From Eledone cirrhosa (Eukaryota), in contig OZ024740.1 in NCBI GenBank assembly GCA_964016885.1, positions 299,336,001-299,400,000 of the forward strand: 64,000 nt of DNA, read 5' to 3'. Positions 45,057 to 57,113 of the stretch are shown piece after piece. Within the stretch, counting starts at the first letter, position 1; each line of letters starts with the position of its first letter. A program made the position numbers and the translations under genes. The notes under the pieces are model-generated. The model did not search any database. It was not told the DNA's origin and saw only the letters and a program-made list of their open reading frames with translations.

Positions 45057-45162
45057 AGTCTAACAATTGTTTCACTGATAGAGTTGTCTAAAAATTGCTA
45101 AACACTGAAAGTAGAACCACTCAATTTAAAAACATGTTATCTCTATCAAATCGTCAGAGACT
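45057..45162 (-). ncRNA. Type I hammerhead with 57-nt insert in stem II
   Basis: agtct-CTGACGA-t-ttgatagag-[57 nt]-ctctatcag-t-GAAAC-aatt-GTT-agact. Confidence 0.85.
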
Positions 45163-45256
45163 GTAATAACATATATGCAACCGTCAAATTTACAAATTTA
45201 AATTTGTATTTGTAAATTTGAATTTGTAAATTTGACGGTTGCATATATGTTTTGAC

Positions 45257-45364
45257 AGTCCCTGAAGATTTGATAGATAAAACATGTATTTTAAATTGAG
45301 TAGCTTTACTTTCAGTGTTTAGCAATTTTTAGACAACTCTATCAGTGAAACTGATAGTTAGACT
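45257..45364 (+). ncRNA. Type I hammerhead, second arm copy
   Basis: agtcc-CTGAAGA-t-ttgataga...tctatcag-t-GAAACT-gat-AGTT-agact. Confidence 0.7.
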
Positions 45365-45416
45365 ATGAATAAATTCCCTTTTTTGTACTGTTGACCATGT
45401 TATTCTCCACTTTTTC

Positions 45417-45454
<38 letters not shown>

Positions 45455-45649
45455 GAAAAAGTGGCGAATAACATGGTCAACAGTAGAAAAAAGGGAATTT
45501 ATTTATAGTCTAACAATAGAAATAGCCGGCGAAACGTCTTGAGCTCTGCCATCGGGATCATACTTTTACTTATTTCCCACTCTACTACCCTAAGTATTGA
45601 ATACTCTGGTGCGTTATGGTCCATCTGGTTCATTACCACAATTCCTTTG

Positions 45650-45691
<42 letters not shown>

Positions 45692-45799
45692 GTATATATA
45701 AATACGTGCGTCTGTCTGTGAGTGAATTTATATCTGTATATATAGAGTATTGAGGTAATCGAGGGTCTGTTAAAATATAGATATATTCACGCGTTGAGT

Positions 45800-46100
45800 T
45801 CATTCATCATTCAGCCCTATCTCTCTCTGTTTATTGGCGATCTTCCACCATCGTACATGAGCCTGGACTGATTTAACCACTCCACTCTAGTTGGCTTCCA
45901 GTTTCATCAATTCAGCTCCAGTGTCACCCCTCCAGATGCCGCAGGGCCGACCTCTCTTCCTCTTACCCTCGTGTTGCAGATCAGAGCTTGGTATGTGGTG
46001 TTCGATGCTGGGTTCCATTTTTATTCTGCGGAATCTGCTTTGCCATTGGTTCCTGTCCCGCTCGCCCCCACATCTTTGTTTCTGTTGCATGTTCCAGTCA
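45800..46100 (-). mobile_element. RTE-type LINE 3' fragment
   Basis: EGKRKRGRP...W...EL C-terminal motif and a gatgaatgaa tail. Confidence 0.65.
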
Positions 46101-46111
46101 AAGCTTGTTGT

Positions 46112-46138
<27 letters not shown>

Positions 46139-46142
<4 letters not shown>

Positions 46143-46552
46143 TAAAAGAGAAAACACAGGTAAGCATTAAGAAAAGGATTTATCCAGGGATTTACGACCG
46201 TTTCATTGGTAAGTGCAACCTTATATTGCTATACTGCAAATAGCAGCCACTCAATGATAATTGTTGTTCACGTCCAAATTTTCCAAATAGTGACACACTA
46301 TTTTCAGTGGCTGCTATTTGTAGTATAACAATATAAAGTTGCACTTACCAAAGAAACGGTCGTAAATACCTGGATAAAATCCTTTTCTTAATGCTTACCT
46401 GTGTTTTCTCTTTTATACTTTATACTCCAAGATTGAATGGAATTCTTACAAACTTGTGGAGTTACCCCTAACCGTACGTTGAAACCGTCCATGAAACTGG
46501 CTTTCTTAACCACGAACTGGATCACAATAATCATTTTCCTGCTTCCCTAACT
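46139..46552 (+). mobile_element. Fold-back element between (TA)n tracts with hammerhead 3' half
   Basis: ~110-bp arms 46139-46251 / 46306-46419 plus 130-bp tail; GAAAC-ggtc-GTA without an upstream core. Confidence 0.75.
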
Positions 46553-46696
46553 ATATATATATATATAACAACAGCCCCGACAGTCTCGAAAATCGTTTTA
46601 AGTTATTTTATATCCATTTTCAGGGAAATACGTGAATTTTGCAAGTCTATATGTCTGAAAATTAAATGTAAATTTCTATACACATTCCCAAAATCC

Positions 46697-46773
<77 letters not shown>

Positions 46774-46900
46774 AGGGTTAAACAAGGTTCAATGAATAAA
46801 TCAAAGAATGAGTTTTACAATAGATTGGAAGCACTCAACAGTTTGGTTTTCCGGAGTTATTAATATTAATTCAAAATATTAACAAAAATAGACATTCGTA

Positions 46901-46967
46901 TATTTTATTATACATATTTCAGAGGTACTGAGCTATCTGCAACAGTACATCCTCATCAAATAAAATA
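46901..46967 (-). ncRNA. Hammerhead motif (U3 variant) in pLTR
   Basis: Reverse-complement twin of 49835-49901. Confidence 0.65.
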
Positions 46968-49834
46968 AGATGATTCATGACATACCCTGACTTAGTAGAT
47001 GGTTAAGACTCAGTCATGGTAGTGAATAAGACATGACAAAACTCACTATTTATATACCTTAAGATTGAGACATGAAAAAATTTACATATAATACAGAGAG
47101 TGCGTGTGAGAAAGCTTAAAAATACATAATAGCAATTTACATAACTGTTAGAGATTCAAATAATTTAAATTATTGAAGAAAGAAGAAAGAAAGAAGAAAG
47201 ACAGAGAGAAACAGATGAGGAAAAAATATAGTTACGAGAAGTATAGAAAGCAAAAGAGAATTGATCAAGGATAGAGAGACAAGGAGGAATAATTATTATA
47301 GTATAAAGCATAGTGAGGGAGATTTATATTGTCGTGGATGAATAGGGTGTGATTAGATGATGCAAAAAAAATATCTATCTATATAAATACATGAATATAC
47401 ATTTGAGCATAGCTTTGTGAAAGAGTAAACTCGAATCTTTGACTTATCTAGAAGTATCCATCAATCTAAATATTAAATATATCTGGGTGTAATTATATGA
47501 GGGTTGTAATTTCGAGTCTTTAGTTAATTAGAAATATACTAACAATTATATACACTATATATATCCAAACGTATCTGGCTGACCGTTAAATTTCGAATCA
47601 TTTATGTTAGTTCAGAATAATGAATTAATCTAAAGGTATAACATTTCAGGCTATAAAAGCTTATAAATATCCATATTAATATTAAAGTATACTAACTTTA
47701 TTTAATTTTTAAAATCATATTTAAAGTATTAGCAAATATGAGAAAGAAGAGACTTAGTATTTTCATCCACACGAAGGTAATCCATATTATATTATATTAT
47801 CTTATATTATATTAAAAAAAAAATTTATATTAAAATAATAAATCCTCATTATATAATTTAGAAAATAATTACAGTTATAAGTTTAAAAATTTAAAATTAA
47901 CATTTAGAATGCCCTAAATTATCTAAAGGCCTTATAATTAAACTTAAAAAAGGGTATTATTAAATTAGATTACGCATTTGTCTAAATATATACAAAGAGT
48001 ATATTGTCTAAAGTTCAAGACGATATTAGTCAGTTATACATAACATAATATAATATAATATAATAAATAAGTTACTGTTAATATTGTTAAAATTGAGGTT
48101 TTAGATCAATTATTATATTATTAGGATCATGTAATACATATGTACTATAAATATACAAATCAAACTTCATGGATCATAAGGATAAGAACCAGATTCAAAG
48201 TAAATAAGTAAATTGTTTGCGATCATATGTGCTATATAATTTAAAAATACAAGAACATTTTAAAGGATCTATATTGTAGTATAATATCATATTTAAAGTG
48301 TCTGCAAACATGAGAGAGAGAAAACTTAAGATTTTCATCGACCCGAAGGTAACCCGAATTTAATTAAATTAAAAAAATAATAATCGTTACATAATTTAAC
48401 AATTATAACACTAGAATGTCCTTAAGTATCTAAAGTACTTATAAATGTAGCTAGAAGCATGTTATTAAACCAGATATTCACATTTGTCCAAATATATACA
48501 GAGTATTCTGTTCGGAACTCAAGACGATATTAGTGATCCATATACATATAATAAATAAATAATAAATCATTGTTAGTAATGTTATAATTGAAGTTTTACA
48601 TCAAGTTAAGTGGAAAAAGTTTGTCGACTAGGATCATGTGCGACGCATATACCATATATATATATAAATAAATATAAATATATAAATCAAACACCCTGAA
48701 TCTTAAAACTAACATACTCCAAAAGAATAAATACATAAATACATAAATGCATGAATGGTTTACAGTTCATTACAACTGTCAACTATATAAGCTATATATT
48801 TAAAAAAATACAAGAATCCCATTCAAATTAAATGTATCTACACAATCAAATGATATGCATATTCATCAAGAGATCATGTTAACAATTGATATGTTAATAT
48901 ATTTATATAGAACCCTTAATCTAACATTAATCATATCATAAATGAGTAAAAAATTATTATAAGGTTTTATAATCTGTTATAACATTTTACGCACTCAGTT
49001 GATAAGAGACGTCAAAAATTAGAACCTATTTATTTAGTGTTTTTTCCAGACTTTTGCGAGGCTTGGAATGTAGAGGAAGGTTTATGAAGGCAATTTGAGA
49101 ATAATTCACTTTTTTGTTAATTAAATTATCATAATTAGTAACTATTAATAGGGTCTCCATAGTACAAAGATTGCAGTTAGGTGATATTGAAGAATTCAAG
49201 TAGATTCGACTATTACACAGCTTCGACCAAGAAATCGAGTATTTTAAATTCTTGTCTTTTAACGACCATATCAGTTGTGATAAAGAAGTCGAAATTAAAC
49301 CCTCATATAATTACACCCAGATATATTTAATATTTAGATTGATGGATACTTCTAGATAATTCAAAGATATGAGTTTACTCTTTCACAAAGCTATGCCCAA
49401 ATGTATATTCATGTATTTATATAGATATATATATATTTGCATCATCTAATCATACCCTATTCATCTACGGCAATACAAATCTCCCTCCCTATGCTTTATA
49501 ATATAATAATTATTCTTCCTTGTCTCTCTATCCTTGATTAATTCTCTTTTGCTTTCTATACTTCTCGTAACTATATTTTTTCCTCATCTGTTTCTCTCTG
49601 TCTTTCTTCTTTCTTTCTTCTTTCTTTAATAATTTAAATTATTTGAATCTCTAACAGTTATGTAAATTGCTATTATGTATTTTTAAGCTTTCTCACACGC
49701 ACCCTCTGTATTATATGTACATTTTTTCATGTCTCAATCTTAAGGTATATAAATATTGAGTTTTGTCATATCTTCTTCACTACCATGACGGAATCTTAAC
49801 CATCTACTAAGTCAGGGTATGTCATGCATCATCT

Positions 49835-49901
49835 TATTTTATTTGATGAGGACGTACTGTTGAAGATAGCTCAGTACCTCTGAAATATGTATAATAAAAT
49901 A
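49835..49901 (+). ncRNA. Hammerhead motif (U3 variant) in inverted pLTR
   Basis: tattttat-TTGATGA-ggacgtactg...cagtacctct-GAAAT-atgt-ATA-ataaaata; perfect 8-bp stem I. Confidence 0.65.
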
Positions 49902-49942
49902 CACTTGATCACACGAAAGTCTATTTTTGTTAATATTTTGAA

Positions 49943-50011
<69 letters not shown>

Positions 50012-50178
50012 AAAGTTATATTTAAAATTGTTGGGTTACAACTAGTAAATATTTATAACTGATATAAAAGCACTCGACAAATATTTGGAGTATATTTACA
50101 TTATTAAATAAATGGAAACTATATTTATAAAACCATATTTATTTCATTATATATTTATCTATAAAACTGTTTATATTG

Positions 50179-50244
50179 TATTTTGTCTGAGGAAGGCATA
50201 GCATATTGTTAATATGATATCCCCGAAATATATATAATGAAATA
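50179..50244 (+). ncRNA. Type I hammerhead, intact core, in fold-back element 50010-50286
   Basis: tattttgt-CTGAGGA-aggcatagcatatt-gtt-aatatgatatcccc-GAAAT-atat-ATA-atgaaata; element has ~58-bp inverted arms and (TA)n flanks. Confidence 0.8.
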
Positions 50245-50285
50245 AATATGGTTTTATAAATATAGTTTCCATTTATTTAATATTG

Positions 50286-50359
<74 letters not shown>

Positions 50360-50732
50360 TGTGTTTAATTGCTGAACTATGAAAACAAACAACATGGTGA
50401 GATGCATCTATGGTATCAAGACTAATAATATGGAGTTACATAACTACTATCGATTAGTCAGTATATCGATTTATCGTGATCAATCAACCTTCTGAGACGA
50501 TTGTAAAACAAAACAACGAACTGATTAAGCACTACACTTCGCCTCGTTTTCATTGTCCAATATAAATATATATGACTGTAGTTTGTTTCAATGCTCAACG
50601 GAATACAATATGATGAAAACCTACTATAAAAACAAGAACAGTCATCTTTTGATCTGGTAGGAATTATTATTTCTGAACTTCATGGAGCTCTAACAATGGT
50701 ATTGGCCATACCATAGACAGGTAGAGAGCAGA

Positions 50733-50810
<78 letters not shown>

Positions 50811-50847
50811 TCTGCTATCTACCTGTCTATGGTATATATATATATAC

Positions 50848-51025
50848 AGGAAAAGAGTCAGAATTCTGACGGCGTAACTCTGGCCGTTTCGACAGTTGTC
50901 GTAACGGCCGGAGATCAGCCATCGGGGTCCTGACTCCTTTCCTATTACCCACTCTACTACCCTAAGTATTGAGTACCCTGGTGCGTTATGGTCACCTGGT
51001 ATCTTACCACACCCTCTTTGTTATA
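50848..51025 (+). mobile_element. Short (TA)n-flanked repeat family member
   Basis: cccactctactaccctaagtattgagtaccctggtgcgttatggtc is shared with ~45575-45650 and, more diverged, ~55020-55070. Confidence 0.65.
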
Positions 51026-51153
51026 TACAACGGAAATATATCTTCAGATGAGAACATCCGAATGCTAGAAAATTGATACAAGTTTTCGATTTGCAAAGAA
51101 ATATGTGAATTTGGCATGTTTACATATCTAATTACTCAATATATAAATATATA

Positions 51154-51360
51154 CGAGGGGCTACTGAAAAGTTCCTGATTGTAAAGCTCTCGCGAAAGGA
51201 TAGAGTTGTTACTTTTACATGGAAGGTAGGACTGCTGCAATAAGTGTGTGAATCTGAGAGGGTTATGTGTTGAATAACATCATAATTAACTGATCATCTT
51301 GTATTTTCTATTTACTGATCCTCCTGTATTTTCTTTTACCCAAAACCAGTATAGTCTCGT
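51154..51360. mobile_element. mariner-type MITE abutting the truncated LINE
   Basis: cgagggggctactgaaaagttcctg TIR; body is a reverse-complement relative of 9115-9329; right TIR mostly deleted. Confidence 0.7.
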
Positions 51361-53448
51361 TACCGTTACTGTCACGTCGTCGGCATAAGCCGACGCCGCT
51401 TTGCGCAGTCCCGGTTCTAGGGGGATGCCCTGCAACAGCTCCAATTTCCGCAGTAGTGGCTCTAGAGTCAATACATACAGAATGGAGGAGAGAGGGCATC
51501 CCTGTCGAATGGAACGCGTGATTGCGAACGGCTCCGATAGGTAGCCGTTCACCTTAACCCTCGAGCAGATGCTGGTGTGCATCGCCTCGATCCATCCTCT
51601 GAACACGGGACTGAAACCGGCCGCCTTGAGAACCGCTTCCAAGTATCGATGATCGACCCTATCGAATGCCTTAGACTGATCCAAGTTGATCAGAGCCCCA
51701 CCGAAGCCGGGTTTACTACCCACCCTCTCTATGATGTATCGCATGAGGTGGAGGTTGTCGTGTATGGACCTGGTCGGGATTGCACACGTTTGCGCTTTCC
51801 CCACCAGGTTCTCGACGACAAGCGCCAACCTCGTCGCTAGCACCTTGGCCAAAATCTTGAACTCTGTGTTGAGAAGAGTTATGGGCCTGAAGTTGTTAAT
51901 TTCGTCCCCCTTGTTCTCGTCTTTCCTGATCAGCGTTACTACGCCCTTGCCTGCAGAACTGGGAATTCTCCCGTTCTGCTGCCAATTGCAGTAGACGGCT
52001 TCGAGGACGCCAGAGAACAAGTCTGGCATGCCTATGTAAAATTCGTAGGGTAGACCATCTAGACCGGGTGACTTGCGTTTCCCGCAGCGGCCCAGAGCGT
52101 CCCGTATCTCAGTGTCCGTGATCGGTCTTTCGCAGAACTCGGCGTCCGTGTTCGAGAGACGCGGCAGGCCGTCGAGGTATGAACTAAAGTCCATTGCGCT
52201 GTTCGGCTCACCGTCGTTCTGCTCAAACAGTCGCGCAAAGTGCCGCTGAAAGGCCGCGCACATTTGCTTGGGGTCAAGTAGCACGCGTCCGTTTTGGTCT
52301 TTCAAAGACCGAATCGTGGACATGTTACCACTTTTTGCCTCCGCCACTCGGGCCCAGCTGACAGCTTTCGCTCCTTCGTTTCCTAGAGCACGTGTTTTGC
52401 TTCTGACCATGCAGCCTTCGTGTTTCGCATCGAAGAACTGGTCCAGTGCCGTTCTCGACGCTAACACTCTAGCCGCGTTGCCACTTCTAAGTGCCTCCTC
52501 TACCTTGGCTACTAGTTCTCTTTCTATTCTGTTTTTCTCTAAGGCTAACTCTCTGCTATACCCTATCGATTCTATTCTAATTGCTTTCTTGAGAGAGTAC
52601 CACCATCTATTGTTGACGATGGCTCCCGTTAACTGTTGCTTGACTAGTCAACTTATCCGTTCACTGTAAGCTTTACGTGCCGGCAACGACACGTTCAGCT
52701 TCCAGTATCCGGGACCCTGTCTATGTATTCTATCACGGTTGACTAAGCAGACGACTAACTTGTGATCTGAATAGGCAACCATTTGCATTCGTGGACAGCT
52801 TAACATATCCTTGTCCCTTTCTCTAATGAAGAACCTATCTAAATACGATCTAGATGTCCCACTGCGGTTTACCCACGTCCACTGTGGTGCAGTCGGGAAA
52901 TCCAGTTGATACCTATCGGGCAGTTGGAATTGGCCGATTAAAGTTTTGAGGCTGTTGCACCCCGCTCTACTGGGACATGCTCCCACATAGTCCCATCGTG
53001 CATCTAGGATACCATTCCAGTCCCCCACTAAAAGTAAGGAGCGAGACGTTCCCAGAAAAGACTCTAGACGCTTAAAGAAGTCTGGCCGTGATTGCGATTG
53101 CCCGGTCGGGGCATAAACGGCCACCAGTCTGAAGGCTCCACCTCCGATACTGTTCACGTCTAGGACTACCAGTCTACCCTCCGGGTCCAAGTGTACTTGC
53201 TGTACTCCGACGTCCAGGTTCTTCCGAAACATAACAGCCACTCCACCTCCACCTCCTGGCTGACAGAGAGATGCGTAGATCTCAAAGTCGTCGAAGATGG
53301 GGGTTAGTTGCTGCCTGTTGTGGATTCTGGACTCGGTGATGGCTATCACATCCATACTGTGTGACCTAAGGTCGTTTAAAAGTTGGCCCTGTTTCCAGGG
53401 CATCCCTAGGCCACGCACATTCACGGTTCCAACTCGTAAACCAGCCAT
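51361..53448 (-). pseudogene. ORF2: AP endonuclease + reverse transcriptase, one in-frame TGA at 52648-52650, cut just after YADD
   Basis: NVRGL, GDWN, SYLDRF, SDHK, GYWKLN; KSPGLDG, FRPITLLN, LDQSKAFDRV, RQGCPLS, YADD; both ORF-track pieces are in the same frame (offset 981). Confidence 0.92.
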
Positions 53449-54081
53449 GTTGGTGAAGAAAAGTTGGAGAAAAAGGACGAAAGGTGCACTTACCTTTTCG
53501 TTTCCTGGAGATCGGGTTGTTCAATCTCCATTTGGGTGCTGGATGGGGTGTTGGGTGGGGTGGGGAAACCTTTCAACAGGACGCGGTTGATGGGTTTGTG
53601 GCAGGGGTTGCCCACGTCCTGTGAAAATTTAATTTTCAGGTCTTTATAGGTTTCCATAGAAACCCTTATAAGTTTAAGGTGTGGAGACGATTCTGCCTTG
53701 ACGAAAGTTTTGCCCTCCGTCTCCACCTTGGGGTTTTGGGAGATAACCTCCATCAAACTCTTGTTGTTTGTGTTGATGTATGCGTATTGTTGTTTGTGTT
53801 TTTCTTGTATTGTTTTAGTTTGTTGTTCATCCGGGAGTTTTCTTTTTATGGTGGGTGCTTGTGTTTGGGGTGGTGTTGGTGCTGGTTTTGCTGATAGGGG
53901 GATGTTTGACTGTCGTGTTGTTTGTGTTGTTGTTTGTGTCTGTGGTTGTGTGTTGGTGTTGGTGATTGGAGTTTTGGGGGTTTTGTGGTGTCTCTTTTTT
54001 TGTTTTTTGGATTTCCGCGGTTCTCCCTCTTCTTCACTTAAAGAAGGAGAAGCAGCTTCATCCGTCGATGAATAATCATCG

Positions 54082-54925
54082 TCAGGTGTGTGGGGTAAGG
54101 GAATGTTGTGTGGTGGTGGTGGTGTTTCGGTATGTGTGTTTGTGGTAGTGTTTGATGGAGTGGGATGGAGTGGGGATGTGTTCTTCAGGGGTGTTGTCTC
54201 TGTTGTTTCTGTTGTTGTTGGTTGAGTGTCTGTTTGTTTTGGTGTGGTTGCTCGTTTCGTCTGTCGTTGTACTTGTGGTGGTGGTGGTGGTTGTTTTGGT
54301 GTTGGTGTTGGTAATAGCGTTTTTTTTTATGATGTTGCTGTTGTGTGTTTGTGGACAAGAGGCTTTTAGGTGAGATGTGCTACCACAGCGAAAGCAGTGA
54401 AATTTTCTTCCTTCTACCGAAATGTTTATTTTGTTGTTATTATCAATAACAACTCTTTCGGGTATTTTGGAGATTCTCTCCGGTTTCATTTGCAACAGAA
54501 TCTCCAAATCGGTGCCCGCCCACCTTTGTCGAAGAGATTTTCGTATCGAAAGTATTATGTCTGTTTCTGGCTCTACGAACCCAGCCAAGATCCACCAGAT
54601 GTTAATGCTTGGAGGTATGTTTTTTATTTTTATTTTTTGTGTCCTTTTCCCCATGTATGTAGGGAAAAAGGTGTATGCTTTTGACACTATTGGTGTCACA
54701 GAGCTTTTTTGGGCCAGTGCCTCGCTTTTAAACAGTACCGAAACACTTCCGTACTGTTTTTCTCGCTGGAGAAAATCGACATTTCCTAGAATCTCCTTGA
54801 AAGAATCTTCTATATCTGACTGATTAACAAATGTCGGTTTTCTTGACGAATTTGACACAGTCCTAAAAGTGACTGATCGGCGGTTTGTGTTTTCCTTTAT
54901 TTCAAGATAGATAGATATTAAAAGA
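54082..54925 (-). pseudogene. ORF1 (gag-like nucleic-acid binding protein)
   Basis: CFRCGSTSHLKASC zinc knuckle then T/N-rich low-complexity region; C-terminal part continues with stops to ~53450; the first ~20 codons of the ORF-track call come from another repeat. Confidence 0.8.
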
Positions 54926-55235
54926 GTTGGGGCCGTTTCAAAAGCTAATTCCAGGCATTCTTGAATTAGCTGTCGAAACGACAAGAGCTCACCCGTCGAG
55001 CCCCGATTCTTTCTAATATAGTCACACTCTACTATCGCAAGTATCGAGTACTGTGTTTAATAATGGTCTTACTGTTTAATTACTGGTTTAATCCTGTGAT
55101 GGACTGGCGTCCTGTCCAAGGGGTAGTCGTGTACTCTCAGTCATTTCACGCCAGGAAACCGGGATAAGCACCGTCCAAATGAGTCTTCTGGCTTCGTACA
55201 GACTTTAGACTATATATATATATATATATATATAT

Positions 55236-55384
55236 TGGAAAATGTGTGTAATCCTTGGTACAGTTAGGTATATTAAGACAGGGGGGAAGGAAAAATGGCT
55301 TCACTTGTGCTTTCAACAAATTTATTTTCTTCACAAAGCACAAGTTGAAAGCACAAGTGAAGCCATTTTTTCTTCCCCCCTGTC

Positions 55385-55390
<6 letters not shown>
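55236..55390. mobile_element. Short fold-back between (TA)n tracts
   Basis: ~47-bp arms 55271-55317 / 55343-55390. Confidence 0.65.
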
Positions 55391-55433
<43 letters not shown>

Positions 55434-56769
55434 CTTGGGGGGTTGGGGGGTTGGGGCGTGTATTTATGGTATATCTGTCTGTCTATGCGTCTTTGTGTGC
55501 GTGTCTGTATATATCATAAAATGAAAAGCTCGTCTATCACAAAAAATAGGCTAGAACTTGTCTAAAATATAATTCTCGAAAGATATTGCTACAGGATTTC
55601 GTGTCAAAGTCACAAGATCTCGCAAATGATAATAAAATTTTATTGGTGAATAAATTATTGGTAATTATCGTTGAGAATTAACACACCTGTTTCTATCTCA
55701 AGAAATTCTTCAATTGATACTGCAACTAGGTAATCGATAACTTCTAGCTTTAACCTTCTACTGAAAAACTGCAGAAAAAGTTGAACATTTCTCAGAAGCT
55801 ATCGCTTCTAATAAGATATATATAGTCTACCTAGCATGATTACAATTTGGGTTTTCCCTACTAGACGTCGTCACTAAAATATAACATAATTTAAACATAA
55901 ACAACAACGTCAAAGAAATGTCAGTCTCGTGTCATATCTATTGCCTTCTTATTGATTGAATATGGTCCTAAATTTTAGATGAGTCTCATTATCTGTCTCT
56001 ATACTAATAATTGTTTCTTTTCACTAAACCTAAAGCCTTGTGTTTTATGAGTCTCTTCTAAACATATATTACACAGACTACCATTCTGACAGTAAATTTC
56101 ATTGGAGTTAACTCTGGTTCATTTGTAGCAAGTGACTAGGATGCTTACTAGAGACATAATATGTTTCTAGAGATTTCATTATGTTAAGTTCATAATGTAT
56201 CTTATCGTATCTTATAAGTGCTTATTCAACATTATCCGCTCAACCTCCGGTGAAACGCCTTCTCCATTCTGTCCGCCGGGGCTGTGGGGAGACCAGCACG
56301 TGGGACCCCATCTGCTCACTACACAGAGAGATGGGGAAGGTGAGAGAGATAAAGGCGATTACAGTGGGAGTTCGGCTCTTCCATGTTCGGACCATATCCT
56401 TGTGGTTGTGTTCATTAGTCAGACGTTATTCTGTGAACGTAACTCTATCCTGTTACAACTGGTCACTTACTACAGACACACATTTAAAGGTGTTTAATGC
56501 TAAACTGTGTTTATTAAAAAATTACCCACCACAAAAAGTCCTGTTACAAACAAACAAACTAAAAAACACACACACTTGACATGCTAGAAATGGTAATCAA
56601 ATGTAAACTGTCCGGAGAAGAAACGAAATCTTTAGGGAGTATTTAGTTTTACGTTGGCTTATTGAATTAAAGCCAATTGAGTTAAGTTTTTATATTATCA
56701 TACACACATTCTGTTGATTTCTAGTCATGAGTTTTCCTCTCTGATTCAAAATCACACAAATTATGATAT

Positions 56770-57105
56770 TGTACTTCGGGTAACGACCGAAATAATACGA
56801 TCGCGAATACAAGCGGTCGAAATGGGGTTCCACCGAAGGGCATTCGAAGTAACGTTCCTCGATAGAATGTGTACCTTAGATATCAGAAATCACTCCATGT
56901 AGACTCTTGCAGACTCTGCTCCGATGACCTTCTCAGGGATAAGTGGTTGAAGAAGAAGAAGAAGAAGAAGAAGAAGAAGAAGAAGAAGAAGAAGAAGAAG
57001 AAGAAGAAGAAGAAGAAGAAGAAGAAGAAGAAGAAGAAGAAGAAGAAGAAGAAGAAGAAGAAGAAGGAGGAGGAGGAGGAGGCAGAGGAGAAGGAGGAAG
57101 GAGAG
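56770..57105 (+). mobile_element. RTE LINE 3' fragment followed by (GAA)n/(GGA)n
   Basis: RSRIQAVEMGFHRR; nucleotide match to the reverse complement of 7396-7440; long GAA run from 56949. Confidence 0.7.
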
Positions 57106-57113
57106 TAAAAAGC

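Larger units (their letters stand above)
44999..45422. mobile_element. ~420-bp palindromic element with a hammerhead in each arm
   Basis: ~200-bp inverted arms meeting at ~45200-45220; (TA)n at 45423; a third copy of the end follows at 45449-45517. Confidence 0.85.
46771..49949 (-). mobile_element. Penelope-like element with ~650-bp inverted pLTR, in (TA)n
   Basis: 46863-47515 is an inverted repeat of 49289-49949; minus strand ~49050-49295 encodes STSLSQLIWSLKDKNLKYSISW...CNLCTMETLLI...INKKSEL (PLE GIY-YIG C-terminus); (TA)n at both ends. Confidence 0.9.
51361..54925 (-). mobile_element. L1/Tx1-clade LINE, copy 1 (3'-truncated)
   Basis: ORF1 with CCHC knuckle followed by ORF2 with APE and RT. 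Confidence 0.9.

Noticed and set aside
56230-56460. GC-richer island with two short ORFs
   Set aside because: No recognisable protein or RNA motif and no second copy in the window.
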